Source of the DNA: Fimicolochytrium jonesii
Taxonomy: Eukaryota
Assembly: GCF_025526975.1 (NCBI RefSeq)
Contig: NW_026515689.1
Span: forward strand, 248,001 to 312,000
Reading direction: 5' to 3'
Length of the DNA stretch: 64,000 nucleotides
The notes under the pieces are model-generated. The model was not told the origin of the DNA. It searched no databases and saw only the letters and a list, made by a program, of their open reading frames with translations. Made by a program: the position numbers and the translations under genes. This document shows, one piece after another, positions 59,003 to 64,000 of this stretch. How positions within the stretch are numbered: position 1 is the stretch's first letter; each line of letters starts with the position of its first letter.

Positions 59003-60070
59003 CGGCAACCCTGCGGGTTTGTCAGCAATGAAAGGACAGGCGCAGGGAGGGGAATCGTCCGGGCGAGTGACCAGAGGGCTCAAGAGCGGAGCGATTAGGG
59101 GGAGTTTGAACGATATACGTGCGTCGGAACTTTGTCGAAACTAATGCGACTTGACTATACGCGGGAGCTCAGCTGTAACCGTCTCAAATTGTTGTTGAGT
59201 GTCCAGAGTGAGCGCAGACCGTCAGAGAAAGCGACTGAATATATTACGTTGCGTATGGTATGCTGGAATTGCGATGGCGTGAGTTGGCTGGGGCTGATGA
59301 GTGTTGGCCTTGGCAAGCACGTATTTGAGAAAGCCGGTGCGAAAGAAGATGTGCGTTTGGGGAGCCTGGGGACGCTCGCAACAATCATTTGCAAATCATC
59401 ATCAAAGTCATCCGCGGCGGTTTGAAGGGAGCCCGTGACAAGGAACTGTTTTACCCGTCCGCCGTACTGCCGCCTTCCCAGACACACCGCGGACACCCCC
59501 AAAAGCACAGTACGTAAGGAAGGAGCTCCATCAGGAGCCAGCCGGCGTATCTTTCCATGTTGGAAGTCGCAGGCCCGAAGGAAAGCCCATATACAGTACA
59601 TATGTATGTAGAGCGTGTGATTTTTGCGAACTTTCGTCGTGCTTTTCAAATCCAGGATCTGGAGGGACAAAATACCATCGATGCTGGCATGTCATAAGAA
59701 GTTCGCTGATTCCGTACCGTCTCGCCAGCACGGTTTTAGCCTGATCGAAGCGAGAACCTGCCGGTTTGAGACGTCCTGCATAGTATGGCTCTGTACGGTA
59801 ACTTCTCTGCGTCGAGCTGGTTGATCTCCCCAACCTTCGTTCTCGCGTTTGCGCACGTCCCCCATTTTCGACAGCTCACAACCTCTGAAACCTCACACCG
59901 CACGCCTCAGCAATTTCGCCCGCGATCTGGGAAGACTACTGACAATCTTGCTCGGAGTATATATATCGGGTGCAGTGTCGCGGAAACAGCCTGAACTCCT
60001 TCCGCTGTCGGTGGAATCCTGAACCGGTTGGATAGTGCTAACTTTGAGGGTTTGAAACCGGTGTCACGAC

Positions 60071-63000
60071 ATGCCGGTTCCCACGAACCTACCGGCCTCG
60101 GGCGAAAACGCCCCAGGGGAAGGCCCTCGTAGAATTACTGCAGGACTGAAGCCGAGTGATAACGTCAACGTCGATGCGGTACTGCGTCAGCGAGCTCCTC
60201 GTGAGCCCGCCACAGCGACATACAAAGTCCCACAGAGGGACTTTACCAACACACCTGTCGAAGAACCAAGGCCATATCAGCGCGACCTTCTGGAACTGGC
60301 GAAACAGGAAAACATCATCGCTGTGATGGATACCGGGACGGGAAAAACGCTGATTGCGGGCCTGCTGATGAAGCATATGATTGCTGTGCAGGAGGAATCG
60401 GTCAAAGAAGGCGCAAAGAAGAAGCTGGCATTGTTCCTGGTTCCCACAGTCCCGCTGGTCTGGCAACAAAAGGATTACCTGAAGCATCAGATTTCGAAAG
60501 AGATTGCGTGCTTGTGTGGAAACGTGTTGGAGCAGGACAAACTGGTTGATTGGCAAGAGATCATACAGAAGCACGTTGCACTGTGCTCAACCGCGCAGGT
60601 CGTTGTCGAAGCGTTGAATCATGCATACCTCACACTCGACCAAGTTTCTCTCATCATCTTTGATGAGGCACACAACGCCATTGGAGACCATCCGTACGCA
60701 ATCTTGATGAGGGAGCACTATTGGCCAGTCAAGGAACCCCGCCCAAAGATCCTGGGTCTCACAGCGTCACCAGTTAACTCCGACAGTCAAGCCTTCATCG
60801 CGATTGACAATCTTGAGAAAACTCTCAACTGTAGAGCGGTCACTGTGACCCTAAGCGACGAGGCCACTGCACTCTATGCGGCGAAGCCCCGTCCCGTGAA
60901 GTTCGAGTATGAGGTTTCGGATTCGATGGAGATGCCTCCGATCCTGGAGAAAGCCAAAGAATACGTTTCTCAGGTACATGGATTCAATCTGGCAAAGGCT
61001 ATTGCGGATGCGGAATACATTCACTATCAATTGGGATCTTGGGCATGCTCACGCACCTTGATGGCAGCCCTCGATGGTTTGAGCAAAAAGGCCGACAGGA
61101 GTATTCTGAACAGCATGGATGTGCGGCAAGCCGCGCTTTTAGCTGGATCGGAAAGCAAGCGAAGAACGCTTTTCGAGGATCTGAGCAAGTACAGACCCGC
61201 CGATAGCCCGACCGACGCTGAGATTTCAAGGAAAGTGCACCGGCTGATGGATATATTGGAAGGTTATCGGCGCGACGCCTCCTTCTCCGGAATCGTCTTT
61301 GTTCAGCGACGAGAGACGGCTGAGCGTCTGAGGGACCTTCTTGCCAGTCACCCGAGGTTGAAAGGCAGCATCCGGCCTGGGGCATTGATCGGACATGCAA
61401 GTGGAACCGCGGACGAGTACTATACAACCATGCGACTCACGGTGCAGAACACTACGCTCCGCGAGTTTCGGCAGCATAAGATCAATCTACTCGTGGCGAC
61501 AAAAGTGAGTACGGACAATGGATTCGCATTGAAGGTGATTCACAACTAATACGTACGCCGCCCATTCAGGTCGCGGAAGAAGGATTGGATATCCCGTGCT
61601 GCAAGCTGGTGATTCGTTTCAACATGGGAAAGGACAGCATGAATCTGGTTAACTACATTCAGGTACAGTCTTGGCGCAAAGTGTCTATAGTGCCAACCTG
61701 CTCTTCGCTCAAAGGCACCTTACCACTACAGAGTCGGGGGCGGGCTCGCGCGGCGAACTCGCGTTTCATCCTGATGTGCGAGAAAGACAACTGGATGCAC
61801 CTACATCACCTCCGCGCCCTTCGCGAGCAAGAAAGAGAAGTCCGCGCTCAGATTGAAAAGCACCGCGACCGCATCGAGACGCGCATCGCCATTCCACAGT
61901 TGGATGAGGCAGACACGGCCGTAACCAAGTCCGTGCCCTACAGCTACATCATCGAGAGTACTGGGGCGCGCGTCTCTCTTACTTCTGCAAGTCCCACACT
62001 GCATCACTTTTGCAGCATCTTGGAGGTGGATATGTATACTGTTGCGCGCCCTGAGTATGCCTTGTCGCATACGGTGGACGACGGAGATGTACAATTTGTT
62101 GCCACGGTCGTTCTCCCGAACGTTTTACCCCCCGAGATGCGCATCGTTTTAGGTCATCCGATGCGGTCCAAGGCTCTGGCATTCCGATCCGCTGCGTTGG
62201 AAGCCGTGAAACTTCTGCATCAGAAGAAATACCTGGACAATCATCTCCGCCCCATATTCGATACCACCTATTGTCACACCAGTGTGGAGGATGCAGATGT
62301 TGCCACTTTGAAGAAAGAGCTGCTGGCGCTCAAATCGAAGCAGAGGAAAGCAAAATACCCGATTGCACTACCTGAATGTCTGATCAAATGCTGGGTGCCA
62401 GAAAAGACAGCAACCATCACAGCACACCTGAACGTGATTGACACGGCAGGATTTGAAGGAGCGCCGACTTGTCAACCATTGGGATTCCTCACCGTCAACC
62501 CTCTGCCGGTCGCCCCTTTCGAGTTCCCAATCTGGCCAAACCTTCTCGAACTCCGTGTGCGTGTCCAAACTACCTCCAAACCGTTCGCGTTGACGAGGGA
62601 CCAGTACAAACTCGCCAAGAAGTACAACTTTCTTGTCCTATCTCCCATGATGAAGCATACGATCTTTCCAGAGCACGGCGAGTACGCCTTTCTTGCGGTG
62701 CCCTTGACCGTCAAACCTGGAGGTTCTCCTATCAACGTCACTGAGGTGGATGCGGACACCCTGGTCGATTGGGAATCCATGGACAAAGCATGTAACTTTG
62801 AGCCACGCCAACATCGAAGCGTGCTCTACAACCCGGAGGTCATCAATGAAGTTGTGGTCAGCACAAAGCACTGGCAGAGGAAATTCCTGGTGCAAGAGTT
62901 TCTTCCCGACCGCACTCCGTTCGACGAGGTGCCGTTCACGGATCCTAAGTTCAAACGAACCGTGGACTACTACACTACAATGAAGGATCACACGAAAGTC

Positions 63001-64000
63001 AGAGTGCAGCAACCTGTGATTAGAGCCAATCTGGTCACTAGGAAGTTTAACATGCTGGCATATCACAACGTAAGAGCTCATTTCTGTCAAGCATATGACC
63101 CTGCGCATATTTGAAATAGGTGATCCCATTATCCAGATCGCACAAAGCGAAAGTGTCGATGCTCTCAGGGATGGCGATGTCTTCCTCATGCCTCAGGTAT
63201 CTCTTCATGCATGGGACGGGAGTCTGGAGCAGGTTTGGACTGCGAACTCATCAATGCCGTTTGAAGTTTCTCCAACCTTACAGCATCAAGAAGAACGTCT
63301 TGGAGTCAGCCACGATCCTACCTTCCATCTTCTACTACCTGGAGATAGCGTGTCGCGCAGAACAGCTGAGACAGAATTTGGCGTTGCCAACCAAGCTGGA
63401 CACCCTCATCACTGCCCTCAGCGCCCCGTCTGCAGTCTTGCAAACGAACTACGAACGTCTGGAGACGCTTGGAGACGCATTCTTGAAGATTGCAATAGTC
63501 TTGCATATGTACGCTTTGCACCCACATCGTCATGAAGGCGTGATGACGATGATGGCCCATCGCATGCAATCGAACTTCGCCCTTTACGAGAAGGGGAAGC
63601 TGAGGAATATCACTGGATACATGATTACGAGCAAGCTCGCCAGGTACGCTTCATCTCAGACCGTGTGTGGAAACTTGAAGGGGCAAAATAACCACACGGG
63701 CAATTTTGCAGAACGGAATGGCGCCCAATTATTGCCGACAAAGGATATGACGACGAAGATATCGAGACCATGCTAGAAAGGGCCGAGCTGGAGGACGAGA
63801 ACGCGCACAACAACCGGAAGCGGGTGCTTCCCAAGAAGGAGAAGGAGATTCCTTCCGCGGTGACCACCACTCACGGCCTATCAACGAAGCAAATTGCAGA
63901 CTCTGTCGAATCCATTCTCGGGGCCTGTCTGAACGACAACGGAATAAAAGGTGCAGCGCAAGCTCTGCACAACGTCTACAGCACGGCTTTTGTCGTGAAC
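60071..64000 (+). CDS. DCL: Dicer-like protein (DExH helicase, DUF283, PAZ-like region, RNase IIIa); 3'-partial, at least 5 introns
   Basis: PRPYQ, DTGTGKT, DEAH, GLTAS, EEGLDI, YIQ|SRGRAR, ERLETLGDAFLK, ADSVESILGA. Confidence 0.95.

Overview
Eukaryotic fungal genomic DNA with short (~65-80 bp) GT-AG introns. Gene content (single-chain ATP-citrate lyase, attractin-like receptor, FHA-GAF adenylyl cyclase, NTAQ1) suggests an early-diverging, probably chytrid-type fungus; this is an inference. Two gene-dense flanks surround a gene-free island. Left flank (1-13.3 kb): SmD1, an orphan ORF, a CUB-Kelch-PSI membrane protein, NTAQ1, a forkhead TF and a subtilisin. Right flank (45.5-64 kb): HSF, ACL, an SH3-PX protein, an FHA-GAF cyclase and Dicer. 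The ~31 kb island (~13.4-44.8 kb) consists of nested, decayed transposons: chromodomain Ty3/gypsy elements, two Ty1/copia families with non-canonical LTR ends, and one Tc1 DD34E element. It shows an LTR-sharing tandem dimer, an inversion that splits one 7,866-bp element and creates 3,521-bp inverted arms, a second homogenised inverted pair, and CpG-type knock-outs of catalytic residues. My best hypothesis is a regional centromere or heterochromatic TE-trap locus. All calls come from reading motifs and comparing sequence by eye; no searches were run.
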